Positions 25,707 through 37,008 of a stretch of DNA of 64,000 bases are shown here, piece by piece. Below the pieces are notes generated by a model. The model was not told the origin of the DNA. It worked only from the letters and a program-made list of their open reading frames with translations, and did not search any database. Within the stretch, counting starts at the first letter, position 1. Every line of letters starts with the position of its first letter. The DNA is from Gekko japonicus (taxonomy: Eukaryota). The stretch lies in assembly GCF_001447785.1 (NCBI RefSeq), contig NW_015169805.1:62001-126000 (forward strand), given 5' to 3'. The position numbers and the translations under genes are program-made.

Positions 25707-27496
25707 AAAAGTGCAGGTTCTTATCTTAAAGATCCTAAATAGCTTGGGGCCAGTGTCCCTGAAGGACCGTCTCCTCCCATACTATCCAGCCTGCCAAAAT
25801 CTGCCTCTCTGTGCCCTCACCTTCAGAGGTGTGGATGGTGGCAAATAAAGACAGGACATTTTCTGTAGTGGCACCTTGCCTTTGGAACACCCACCTGCCT
25901 TGAGACTCACCTGGCACCTACTTTATTTGCTTTTAGGTGCCAGGCTAAAATACATATTTTTATGCAGGCTTTTAATCAGGAGTTTTATATTAACAGTTTT
26001 TTAATGGTCTGCTTTTGTTCTGTGGATAGTTTCTATGGACAGCTTTATGCTGCTTATGTCTCACAGCTTGTGTGTGGTTTTTTAATGGCGGGGGGGGGGA
26101 TAATTGTAAGCCATCTTGAGCTGGACTCTGAAGAGGCCATATAGAAATATTATAAATAAATAAACCCAAAGCTCTCTGGGGTGCACTCCTGTTTGGGTCC
26201 AGGCCAGTATACTCACAAGGTATGTGAACTGATGAAATGTCCACAAACTCTGGAAAGTCTTTGTTTTGCATCAGTGAAATCACATTTACTCGCCCCCACA
26301 CTGTAGACGCCAATGTGGTTCTTCCCAACTACTTGGAAAGTCAGTTTCACTTTGTAACTCTGATACGGGGCCTAGGAGGGCTGGAGGGAAGACAGAACTT
26401 AGTAATAAAATATGCACAAAACTATGTCACACAAAGCACGTTTGTTCTTTGAAGTCTCGATCCAGAGAGCATCTCGGGCTTTGTTTCCAGTCCTTCCACA
26501 AGTTCCTGTCTCCCCCCCCCCAAGGTTGCTTGAGGAGTTTTCGAAGAGGGATTTCTCCCAAACAGTTTAGAGGCTTGTAATTCACTCCCCCCTCTATGAA
26601 CTTTTCAAAGCTCATAATAAATAAGGTTTATGAGATAAGCACAGCACAGAAGCACTGTCTTGGCACTGTAACCCAAAACAAATACACAAAAAGTGTTGCA
26701 TAAAGTAACATCTAAAGTTATGACAACTGCCAATGAGTGCCAGAATAATATAATTTCATTTCAGAGCCAAGAGAGTATCAGCCTAGCCAACAGCTACACT
26801 AATCATTCCGCAAGGAAGATTATTTATATGCAATATTCACATTTTAAAATAACTACTTAGTTCTCATGGGTAATCAAGTCGCTAATCAACGCCAACAAAC
26901 TGTAGCTTTGGTGCCTGTCTTATAATGTTCTGTTAAGTAATGCAGCGTTCTAAAGAGTATTTTGTCAGGGCTTCTGGTAAGCAAAAAAAAAGTTTTCTTT
27001 AATCAATAAAAGTGTAGAAAACACAGCTTTTTCAGTCTAATGTAAAATAAATTTTGTTTCGGTATCAAGCCATTTCTTTTAATCAGCCTAACCCTAATTC
27101 GCATGTTAATTCTGGATAACAAGTAGAAGCATGAGATTTGGAAAGAATCGGTACATGAACATGATTAAAACAGCAAAGCAGAAGGGACTTCAATGATACG
27201 CCGCATAGAAAACCGAGCTCCAGAGGAGGAATACAGCACACCAAATGGCGCCACTCAAAAGACGTGAAGCCGACATTTTGTATCCTCACAGCAAATAATG
27301 AAAACTATATGGCTGCGACCCAAAGAGCTCTCTGTGCACGGCCAAGGCATTTCAGCGCGCACACAGAAGGTGGCCAGTTTTCCCTTCCCAGTTGCAGCCC
27401 CTTCCACTTCATCAAGTGTACCTCTGGAGGGTCCCCATACAATCTGGGGCAGCTTTCCAAGGGTATAGTCTGCTACGTGCTATGACCCAACACCTA

Positions 27497-27801
27497 TAGC
27501 AGGCACCTTTGGAATTTTAACATGGCATGATGGGCACAACCACAAAAGGGCTTCCACAGGAGATGGAGCCAGCCACAAATGGTTCCCACAGTTTACGTTC
27601 AGTCACACAGTGAAGATTTTTGTGTTGTCGTGGCAGCCACTGCCAAACCAACACTTTTAAAATATCTGCACAGCCAATCAGAAGCCTTTCTAGGTAAAGG
27701 TGCTACACGGCACCACCCCCTTTCTAAAAACAATTGGCGGGTGCCAGAAAAGGTGTTGGTGGATGCCATGACACCAATGGGCACCACATTGGGGACCCCA
27801 G
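27497..27801 (+). mobile_element. hAT-Charlie-like MITE, partial
   Basis: gcacctttggaatt...ctgcacagccaatcagaagcc...cacattggggacccc. Confidence 0.65.
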
Positions 27802-28711
27802 CCTACAGTAATGAAGCTGTGAGCCTGTCAGCATTTAACACAAAAGGCTGATAAGACAGCCAGTTTTTTCCTCTCTCCTTCATTTCGTAAAAAATTGTTA
27901 AGAGTTCTGATGGTCCCATGTGATGCTTTGTGACATTTTTGTTGGCTCTAATAAAAAGATACAACATCAGTTTTGTTCCTTCTTCTGGATTTTGCGTGGG
28001 CCAATACTGTTTTCAACTTTTTACAGCCTGAAAAGGGCCCTGTCCACACGTGGCACACCAAGTGTGGCCCTTCGGATCCAGGCTAGAATTTTTGTATTGA
28101 AATAGAAACCACTTGGGGATCAGCTTTCTGGAGAAAAAGTTGGATAAAGATGTGCCAAAAACAGAAGAAACTGCATGATCGCAGCAGATTTTCATACCAA
28201 ATACATGTGCATTTAATCATACAGGAATTCTAAATTTTGCTTTCCAGTCTGTGACATACATATAAAACACACATTTCAATAGCTGGGCTTCCCTGCAATA
28301 AACTCATATTTTGGACCTTTAGTACACACGTTTTAACATTTAAACTATTGAATGCAAGTGAATCAAAGGACGAAACTGTTCACAGAACCATGAAGAAAGA
28401 CCATCCAGTCACTGATCTATTAAAAAAATTCTGCTGGTTTGCTCCCCTTTACCAAGGCTTTGCACAAGGATTGAGGGTGGTTTGTAGTCACAAATGCTTG
28501 GAAAATGGTGCCCACAATTGTGAAAAATTCAACTTTACATATCCTAGAACAGGGGTCCCCAACCTTTCTGAGCCTGCAGGCGCATTTGGAATTCTGACAC
28601 AGCATGGTGGGTGCACCAACAAAATGGCTGCCACAGGAGGCGGAGCCAGCCATAAAATGATTGCCACAGTAACACAGTGTAGACCCTTATGGTGGCAGCT
28701 GCTTCCAAAGC

Positions 28712-29237
28712 TTACAAAGATCTGAATGTGTAGCTGGCCAAATAATTCTGTTAGTCAAATTAGAAACATTAAATACTGACAGATATACAAAAATATAAAT
28801 GCATTTATTAGAAAGTAGATTAAAAAACAGGTATTGGCCCTGGTGATAGTCTCAACTGAGAATCAAATTGTACAGTGACAACCAAAAATGACCATTATCG
28901 ACCCTGACCATACGTGTTTCAGCCCATTGCCCTTCCTCAGTGGCCAAACAGATGATATTACAGAATGGCTCCTGACATTACAATGCATCATTTTTGGTTG
29001 TCACCGTACAACATGATTCATAGTTGAGGCTACCACCAGGGCAGTCTCCTGTTCTTTTAATCTACTTTGTAATAAATACATGTATATTTTTGTATATCTG
29101 TCAATATTTAATGTTTTCAATTTGACTAACAGAATCATTGAGGCTACACATTCAGAGCTTCTTTTGCCCAGCAAGGTTCTTTAGGTTCTTAATTCATTTT
29201 AGTCTGGGTTAAGTCTCCCTCTCCCTTTTTTCATTTT
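28712..29237. mobile_element. Penelope-like element remnant with inverted pseudo-LTR arms
   Basis: About 170-bp imperfect inverted arms 28721-28891 and 28988-29156; hammerhead motif in the loop; degenerate 16-bp TSD cagctgcttccaaagc/cagcggctaccaaagc. Confidence 0.75.
28905..28946 (-). ncRNA. Minimal type I hammerhead ribozyme motif (degenerate)
   Basis: Reverse complement UGGCCA-CUGAGGA-AGGGCAAUGGGCU-GAAA-CACG-UA-UGGUCA: stem I, CUGANGA, stem II, GAAA, minimal stem III. Confidence 0.6.
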
Positions 29238-30121
29238 CAGCGGCTACCAAAGCAACATTTTAAAAAATCTGCACAGCCAATCAAATCTTCAATAGTCAAT
29301 CAGAAGCCTTGCGGGCCCTGCCCACTTCCTAAAAACATTGGGTTGGCACCATACCACCCATGGATACCACGCTAGGGATCCCTGCCCTAGAATTTTAGGG
29401 GATTTTCAAGCTCCTGCCCCCTTTGGGCGATACACGCGAAACTTCAGTGGGAACGAACTCACCCGAGCAGTTCTGTGAATGTTATTACATTCAATAACTT
29501 AATCAGAACACACACTGCACTTAAGATTACTTCTGAAGTAATTAAATAACTATCCAATGCCAATTAATCATAGTTAAATAAAGGTATGTCAGCAAAGTGC
29601 TATGTACACATTTGGGACTATGTAACAGTCAAATACTTGGCAGTATCTAAGTTAAACAATGATTCGTTAAACCTCCCCCTCTACACAATGGTTAGGGCAA
29701 ACTTGAAGTCAAAGCACTGAAACTCTTTTGTTCTTCATAAAAGAGACAGCAGACCTCTCTATGTGATATCCCTTTTCTTAACAAACTCTGTAAACTGCTT
29801 TAATTGCATGAATCAGAATGTGCTCAGGTGGCTCGCTATCCTCTTTTGCTCATGCAGGTGTTTGTCAACAGTCCGGAGTGGATGTTCAAATCTTCCCTTC
29901 CAAATAATGGAAGCACTTGACCATCGACCCCCCCCCCACCTCTTTCAAAAAGGAACAAAAAGCTTATTCATGCTTCATCAGGAAAGAACAAACGCCAATG
30001 GAATTTAAATCTCAAGCGCTGAAGGATCTGAAGACTGGGAACATCACCAAAATTTAGATAGGCTTCTTGTGTGTTGTGTCTCGATTTTGGTGGTACTATT
30101 TGGTGGTACTATTTAGTGCTC

Positions 30122-30545
30122 AGCCCTGACCTGGATGGCCCAGGCTAGCCCCATTTCATCAGATCTCAGAAGCGAAGCAGGGTCTGCCCTTGGTTAGTAC
30201 TTGGATGGGAAGCCACCAAGGAAGTCCAGGGTCACTACCCAGAGGAAGGCAACAGCAACTCACCTCTGAATATCTCTTGCCTTGAAAACCCCGCCAGGGG
30301 TCACCACAAGTCCGATGTCACTTGACAGCAAAACAAAAACCTGTGCTCAGTCCTAGCCCAATCTCATCAGATCTTGGAAGCTAAGCAGGGTCAGCCCTGG
30401 TCAGTTTTTTGATGGGAGACCACAAAAATGTTCAGGGTTGCTACACAGAAGCAGGCAAAGGCAAACTACCTTTGACTGTCCCTTGCCTAGGAAAAAAATC
30501 CTATGAAGTCGTTATAATTTGTAACGTGACGACACTTTCCCCCCA
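30122..30545 (+). mobile_element. Two head-to-tail 5S-derived SINE copies
   Basis: Heads near 30122 and 30352, each with gaagc(t/g)aagcagggtc...gatggga and an RTE-like tail. Confidence 0.8.
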
Positions 30546-32504
30546 CGTCTGTGCTTAAGATGTTACCTTTGTTACTATAGATATTGCTTTCGAACAGACT
30601 GTATAATGGATCCCCGTATCCCTTTGCCTTCAACGTCTGGAAAAACAATGTGAGCCGTCAACAAAAAGCAGGAAGACCCGAGATACAGAAGTCTCAAATG
30701 GCCATCTTCTGATGTTACTTTACTGGCATGCCATGCCTGCCCTCTCCATAACAAACACAACTTCCTGTGTTGCTCCAGTACTACAACTTTGGAATAATTA
30801 AGCCACATCCCATTCCAGATAATAGTGGGGTGTCTGGCAATGAGCTCAGTTGTTGGTGAATCTAACTGAGGGTATGTGTGTGTGTGGGGGGGGTTCATGG
30901 AACACTCCAGGGATCCATTCTGTGCGTACAGGCCTGGATCATGCCCACTAGTTTGACAAGGGACACACAAAATAAGACACAACCGCACACCCAAACTGCT
31001 ACGTTGTTGCTGTACAAGCATGCCCCAGACTTGAAATTCATCACGGAAGCAGGCATGGGGTGGTCCCCTCCTCATAACTGATAATGTTTGAAGAGGGTAA
31101 CTGTTACCTCTGCGCCTTTAGACTATGACAGAAACTGCTTCAACAAAACATTTTCACTGCAACTGTAAGCATTTTCCTGTTTATCAAAGCACTGACAAAC
31201 AAGTGAGTTTGCCCATATCAAATGCTGACAGAAAACACACCCCACGGCAACACTAGTGAAGTTCAATGCAGTACAATCGTTATATCATCAAAACCATTAA
31301 AATTGGGTTATAAGCTCTGAAAGGAACCATGTTTCTGAAGAAAAAAATCTTTTTAGAGGAAAAAAATAGGGGGGAGGATGTATATATCTTGAATTGTTGA
31401 CAATTACTGATCTCTTCCGGCTTCCCTTTCCATGTTCTTCGAAAGAAATGTTCATATATATCTCTTATCTTTTTAAAAAATATGTCATTAACACTGCCTG
31501 TCCATGTATACTGCTATGCAGTTATTACTAGCTTCGCTACAGGGATCCTCTAAATACAAACAAGGGAAAATATGCTCCGCTTTTCACCCACCCCCCTCCC
31601 TCAATATCCCCCCAGAGGACTGAAATTGACAAGACCATAATAGCTTTCCCCAACTTCTACAAACAGGCACCAAGGTGCTGAGCAGAAGTGTGCTCAGATA
31701 ATACCCATTTTCTAAGGTTGCCACATGTAAGACATCTAGGTGTGTGTTGTTTATAACCAAAATTAATTTACCGTTTAGTGCTTCAGCAAGACTCCCAGAC
31801 ACGCAGACAGGCAGCGAAAGGCTCGGAAAGAAGAATAAAGCATCAGGGGTCTGGTTTTGTCTTTTTAATTGAAGAAAGCCTGGCAGCTGTCGGTCCAGTA
31901 CAGGCGTAATGCTTGCTATATTCCAAATTTGGTGAGGAGGATTAGGAACATGTATACAGTTCATTCTGTCATTGCATATACCTCTGTATATAGTTCCTGC
32001 AATCCGGGGCTGTAAGAAGGCTCCTACTTTATCATTTTTGCATGGGTCATGCTAATAGCTATGCTTTGCTTCACCATTGTTTCTGATTTCCCCTAGCCAA
32101 ATCTGACTACACCGTCTATTGGATGTCCCATCCTGTTGATTCTAGATAGACAATAAATAATCTAAATAAATTAACAAGCTTGTAAAGCCACATTGTTTTA
32201 TCTGGTTGCTAAATAAATAGGCGAGATGGCTGGATTGGGACTAATTTATTCCTACTCTTTAAATTAATGTAGTTAGACTGTTTTTTATTCTTACTGGGCT
32301 AGATTAAGGGAATAAGAAGGGAGGTTAGGGTAGGAGGGAACTGTGGTAAGGAGAAATTAATTGTAGTCTGCCCAGCAAATTTATTATTGGGATTTACTAT
32401 ATTTGGTCTACAAATTGTATAATGTGGGGAAAGGGAGCACGTGGGAAGTAGAAATGGATTTTTGTAAAATCAATGTTAGGTCAGGGATTCCGATTATCTG
32501 GGGT

Positions 32505-32845
32505 TGTTGTTGTTCAGTCGCACAGTCGAGTCCGACTCTTCGCGACCCCATGGACCAGATCCCGCCAGGCCTTCCGGTCTTCCGCCGTCCTCTGAAGTTT
32601 GCTCAACTTCATGTTCATTGCATCTATGACACTGTCTAACCATCTCATCCTTTGCCGTTCCCGTCTTCTTTGACCTTCAATCTTTCCCAGCATCAGGGTC
32701 TTCTCCAGTGAGTGCTCCCTTCTCATTTGGTGGCCAAAGTATTTGAGCTTCAGTTTCATTATCTGGCCTTCCAGGGAACAGTCAGGGTTGATTTCTTTTA
32801 GGATTGACTGATTTGATCTTCTTGCAGTCCAAGGGACTCTCAAGA
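32505..32845 (-). mobile_element. BovB/RTE LINE 3' end, 5'-truncated
   Basis: ORF 32514..32951(-) LRVPWTARRSNQSILKEINPDCSLEGQIMKLKLKYFGH...LEKTLMLGKIEG; (AAC)n tail; TSD ctggggt at 32498 and 32846. Confidence 0.9.
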
Positions 32846-32852
32846 CTGGGGT

Positions 32853-34968
32853 AGAGGGAGGTATGACGATGGGAAAAGACACTGGAAGGGAAGGAGACAG
32901 AGATTTGGCTATGCTTGGTCTCCTTCCAAGCTTCATCCCATCCCGAGGCATGTTGGTGGAAGGACTAGGAATACAAACCCTTCTCCAACACTGATGTTGT
33001 GCAACGCCAGGTACATTAATAATAAGACAGTGACTTTACTGAATGACTTTGCAATACAAGAAGCGGACCTGGTGTGCGTGACCAAGAGCTCGGCCAAAGT
33101 GGGTGAGTTAGTCGCCCTGAAACAACTAGCTCCTACAGAGCATTCACTCCTTCATAAATCTCGGACAAAGGGTGGGGGGTGGCGGTGCTCATCCGAGAGG
33201 CTTTCTCCTACAGGGCACTCCCCATCCTGAAGATTTCCGGCATTGAATGTGTAAGCCTGGTTTGGGACACTGAGGAAAGTTTGTCTCTCTGTCTGGTGTA
33301 CTGTTTGCCTAGCACACCTGCAGAAAGCCTTCCCAGCCTTTTGGAGGTGGTAGTGTGGTGGGCCTTGGAGTTCTTGGGATTTATAGTACTCAGGGACTTC
33401 AACGTCCATGCTGATGCGGCTACCTCCCAACAGGCTGTGGACCTGTTGTCTTCCATGGCAGCACTTGGTTTCTCCCAGATTGTATCAGGTCCCACACATC
33501 AAGCAAGCCACACACTGGGTTTGATCTTCGGTATGGGGATAGATATCAATCTGTTAGCTGTATATATGGTGCCACGGTCAGATCATTTTGCCCTGAAGGC
33601 TCGACTGAATGCCATAGCTCCCTCTCAACTAGGTGATGATGAGCAGATTTATGCTAGCCCACAGAGACTAATGGACCCAAATGGGTTCTAGAATGCTCTT
33701 TGGGATCTGAAGCCCCCCAGTGACTCATTGGATGTGCTGATAGAGGACTGGAACTCCCATCTCTCTGAAGCCATCAGTGAAATCGCTCCCTGGCATCCTC
33801 TTCACTCCCCCCTTGTGACCAAGACTCAAGAGCATCTTATAGGATGCCTATGATACCCTATGAGATGGCAGTGAAGACTGCTAAAAGGGAATTATATGCA
33901 ACCTCCATTGCATCCGCCAGCTCTCTCCCAGCACAATTATTTAGGATGATTAGATCATTAGCTTCTCTCACTGACAGAACAAAAACACACCTAGTAAGCT
34001 GTGAGGTATTTGCGAGCTTTTTTACGGACAAAGTCTTGTTGCTCTGCCGTGACCTGCCTGCCAATTTTGATATGTTCTGCGAACTAGAGGCCCCTTGGTC
34101 GTCTTTGGATCCAGCGTTTGACAACTTCAGCTGACTCTCAGAGGCCGATGCCCACAGGATTCTGAGCGCTGCAAAGCCATCCACTTGCTTCTTAGACCCC
34201 TGTCCTTCGTGGCCGGTGCAAGCCAGCGGTGAGGGCATATGGGGCCCTCTGATGACCATTATCAATCTGTCCCTTAGCTCAGGGGTCTATCCAGAGGGTT
34301 TAAAAGAGGCAATGGTAATACTGCTCTTGAAGAAGCCATCGCTGGGTCCTTCTGATCCGTCCACTTACTACCCAGTTTCGAATCTCTTCTTCCTGGGTAA
34401 GGCAATTGAGAGAGCAGCAGCAAAGCAGCTCTAGAACTTCCTGGAGAACACATCGGCACTAGACTCCCTTCCAGTCTGGCTTCCACCCTGGTTATGGGAT
34501 AGAGACTGTGCTGGTCATCCTCACAGACAATCTCCACAGGCAGTTGGATCAAGGCAAGTCGGTGCTGCTCTTATTGCTTGACTGGCATTTTTTCAACTAT
34601 GCCAGGTTAGGCAACTGGCCCCTACCTGTCTTGCCCTGACCTAGCCACAGTAATCCATGCAGCAGTCACCTCTAGGCTTGACTACTGTAACTCACTCTAC
34701 ACGGGGCTACCCTTGAGAATGATCCAGAAGTTACAACTGGTCCAGAATGCAGCGACCCGGGTCCTTACGGGGACATCGTTAATAGCATATATACAACCTG
34801 TGCTTCACCAGCTGCACTGGCTCCAGACTGAGTACTGGGTCAGTGTTTTTGACTTTTAAGGCCCTAAACGGTCAGGGACCAATGTACCTGCAGGACTGCC
34901 TCTCCTGGAATGTCCCCCGGAGAGCACTGCACTTGGGAGAACAAAACCTGCTGGAAGTCCCTGGTCCA
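32853..34968 (+). mobile_element. L2-clade LINE ORF2 remnant with internal deletions
   Basis: LMLCNAR, DFNVH, GPTHQASHTLGLIF, SDHF, TCFLDPCPS, YPVSNL.FLGKAIE, SRLDYCNSLY; jumps from LLLLD to the RT C-terminus near 34582. Confidence 0.85.
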
Positions 34969-34974
34969 AAATTT

Positions 34975-35430
34975 GTCACTGCATCACACTGGCTGCTCAT
35001 ATTTAACTTTTGGTCCACCTGTACCCGCAAGATCTTCTTCACACGCACTGCTATGCCTAGAAGTGTATCCCCCATCCGGTATGTGTGTTCCTCATTTTTG
35101 TTACCCAGATGTACAACTCAGCACTTATCCTTGTTCAATTGCATCTTGTTCACATCTGCCCACTTTCCCAGTGACTTCAGATCTCGTTGAATTCTATCTC
35201 TGTCTTCTAGTATGTTCACTGCTCTTCCCAATTTGGTGTTATCTACAAATTCAATGAGTAGCCCCTCCACACCCTCATCCAGATCATTTATAAAAGTATT
35301 GAAAAGTACCGGGTCCAGAACCAAGCCATGACACCCCACTGGACACTTCCCTCCATTCAGATGAAATGCCATTGACAACTACTCTCTGAGTATGGTTCTC
35401 TAATCTATCTAACTATCCTAGAGTCCAGTC
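34975..35430 (-). mobile_element. CR1 LINE RT fragment
   Basis: VLFNTFINDLDEGVEGLLIEFVDNTKLG...IQRDL...MQLNKDKC and VDQKLNMSSQCD. Confidence 0.9.
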
Positions 35431-35606
35431 TACAGTCACTCAAGGTGCCACTGGACTCAAACTCGGTTCTGATGAGAACAGAGACTGTGCTAAACAAGTG
35501 ACCAATCTGCAACAGAAAGAGGAGAAAGACTGTAGGTCAAGGAAGCCAGATATCCTTTGATCTGGATAAGACTCTCTCTCCTGGACAGAAGGGACAAGCA
35601 ACATTG

Positions 35607-36022
35607 GGTGCGGATGACACCCAGCTCTATCTGATGTTGGACGGCAGGTCGGACTCTGGTCCCGATGACCTTTTGTGGGCATTGCAAGCCGTGGCTGGGT
35701 GGCTCAGGCTGAGTCAGTTGAAACTAAACCCTGCAAAGACGGAGGTCCTGGGCCTGGGTCGGATCGGCCAGGAGTTAGGACACCCTCTCCCGATCTTTGG
35801 CGGGACACCATTGGTGCCTACGCGGGAGGTTAGGAGTTTGGGTGTGCTCCTGGACTCCTCTTTAACGATGGAGGCCCAGGTGGCAGCCACTGCCAAGTCA
35901 GCCTTTTATCATCTGCGGCTGGCCAGGCAGTTGGTTCCCTATCTCGGCCGAGAAGACCTGGCCACTGTGATCCATGCGACGGTCACCTCGAGGCTGGATT
36001 ACAGAGTGCACTTGGGACTACC
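35607..36022 (+). mobile_element. Young L2-clade RT fragment
   Basis: Open frame ADDTQLY...LKLNPAKTEV...VRSLGVLLD...TSRLDY with CpGs retained. Confidence 0.85.
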
Positions 36023-36388
36023 TGTCACTCGCTGCCATAAAGGCTGCTGGTGGGGGGGGGGAACGTTCACTCCTTGAAATGTACTTTCAGTTTCCTGGTT
36101 GCCTCAGCGATGCTCCCTTATCTGTATGTTTTATGTGCTTGGCCTTGAATGTTTCGTAACACCTTCTCTGGGAAAGTGGGACCGCTACATTCTGGCGGGC
36201 CCCTCTTCTCTCCTCATTGGCTCTATGCCACCCAGTGACCCCGCTGAACAATGTATATCTGTTCACCCCATGCTTTAAGCTTTAGTCTTAACACAGTTCC
36301 TGAAGTAGATGCCCTGCCAATACTGCTTCAATAAACTTTCCTTCTGACGAAGCAAGTTGTTGAGTCCGATTGCTGCAGGAGTCCGACA
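36023..36388 (+). mobile_element. Solo LTR, 366 bp
   Basis: TGTC...GACA ends, 5-bp TSD ctacc (36018-36022 and 36389-36393), AATAAA near 36330. Confidence 0.85.
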
Positions 36389-36393
36389 CTACC

Positions 36394-37008
36394 TATTGAT
36401 TATAACCCTCCTACTCTTTAAAATCTGCCAATGATGATGCTCTGCTCAAAAGACCCCTTGGAAGACATTACACATGGACATGTATAACTAGGAGCTAGGT
36501 GGAGCATGTTGGAAGTTCCAGGTGCGATGATCCTGTCTCAGCCTCCAGACTTCATGGCAAGAGAGACTAGATAGCTAGATAGGCACACTGACTTTTATCC
36601 CTGTGTTTACTCTTCTGCCACTGTCCCCTTTGAAATGTAGATTGTGTTCTCAGGGACAATTTCCTGCCTTCTGTTCTCTCTCAGCTGAAGATGAACACTC
36701 TCCCTGAATGCACCAAGAAGGACGACATGCTGTCCTCTCTTGGCACCATGAGGCAGATGGCCCTCTCACCATCTGCTTCCATCTTTAGCTAGTAAGTTAG
36801 TACTCTATCCTGTCCCTACTCTTTCCTATCCAAAGTGTACTTCTCAAATAAAGAGGGAAGTATTTCTCCTTTAAACTTGCAACGTGACTCAGTGTAGCTT
36901 TGTAAGCGGAGTAAACCGGTGAAGTAACGCTGCTGCGTTTGCAGCTTTATTTAAGCACTCTGCTAACTAGTGGGAACTGGACTAACTACACCAGTTAACC
37001 CTTCAATA
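36394..37008 (+). mobile_element. Putative LTR-like element without TSD
   Basis: TATTGA...TCAATA inverted ends, AATAAA near 36847; L2 sequence on both sides. Confidence 0.4.

Larger units (their letters stand above)
23545..26165 (+). mobile_element. Decayed L2-clade LINE (RT to 3' end) interrupted by a CR1 tail, a hAT MITE and a Squam3 SINE; its 5' part is also in duplicate A
   Basis: LLKKTSLDPNDLNN.CPVADLPFLSKV, RANKLKLNPDKT, VGLPLKTIWK, ending in an (AATA)n tail. Confidence 0.8.
28550..29384 (+). mobile_element. hAT-Charlie-like MITE hosting a Penelope-like insertion
   Basis: caggggtccccaac ... gctagggatccctg; TSD tcctagaa/ccctagaa. Confidence 0.8.
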
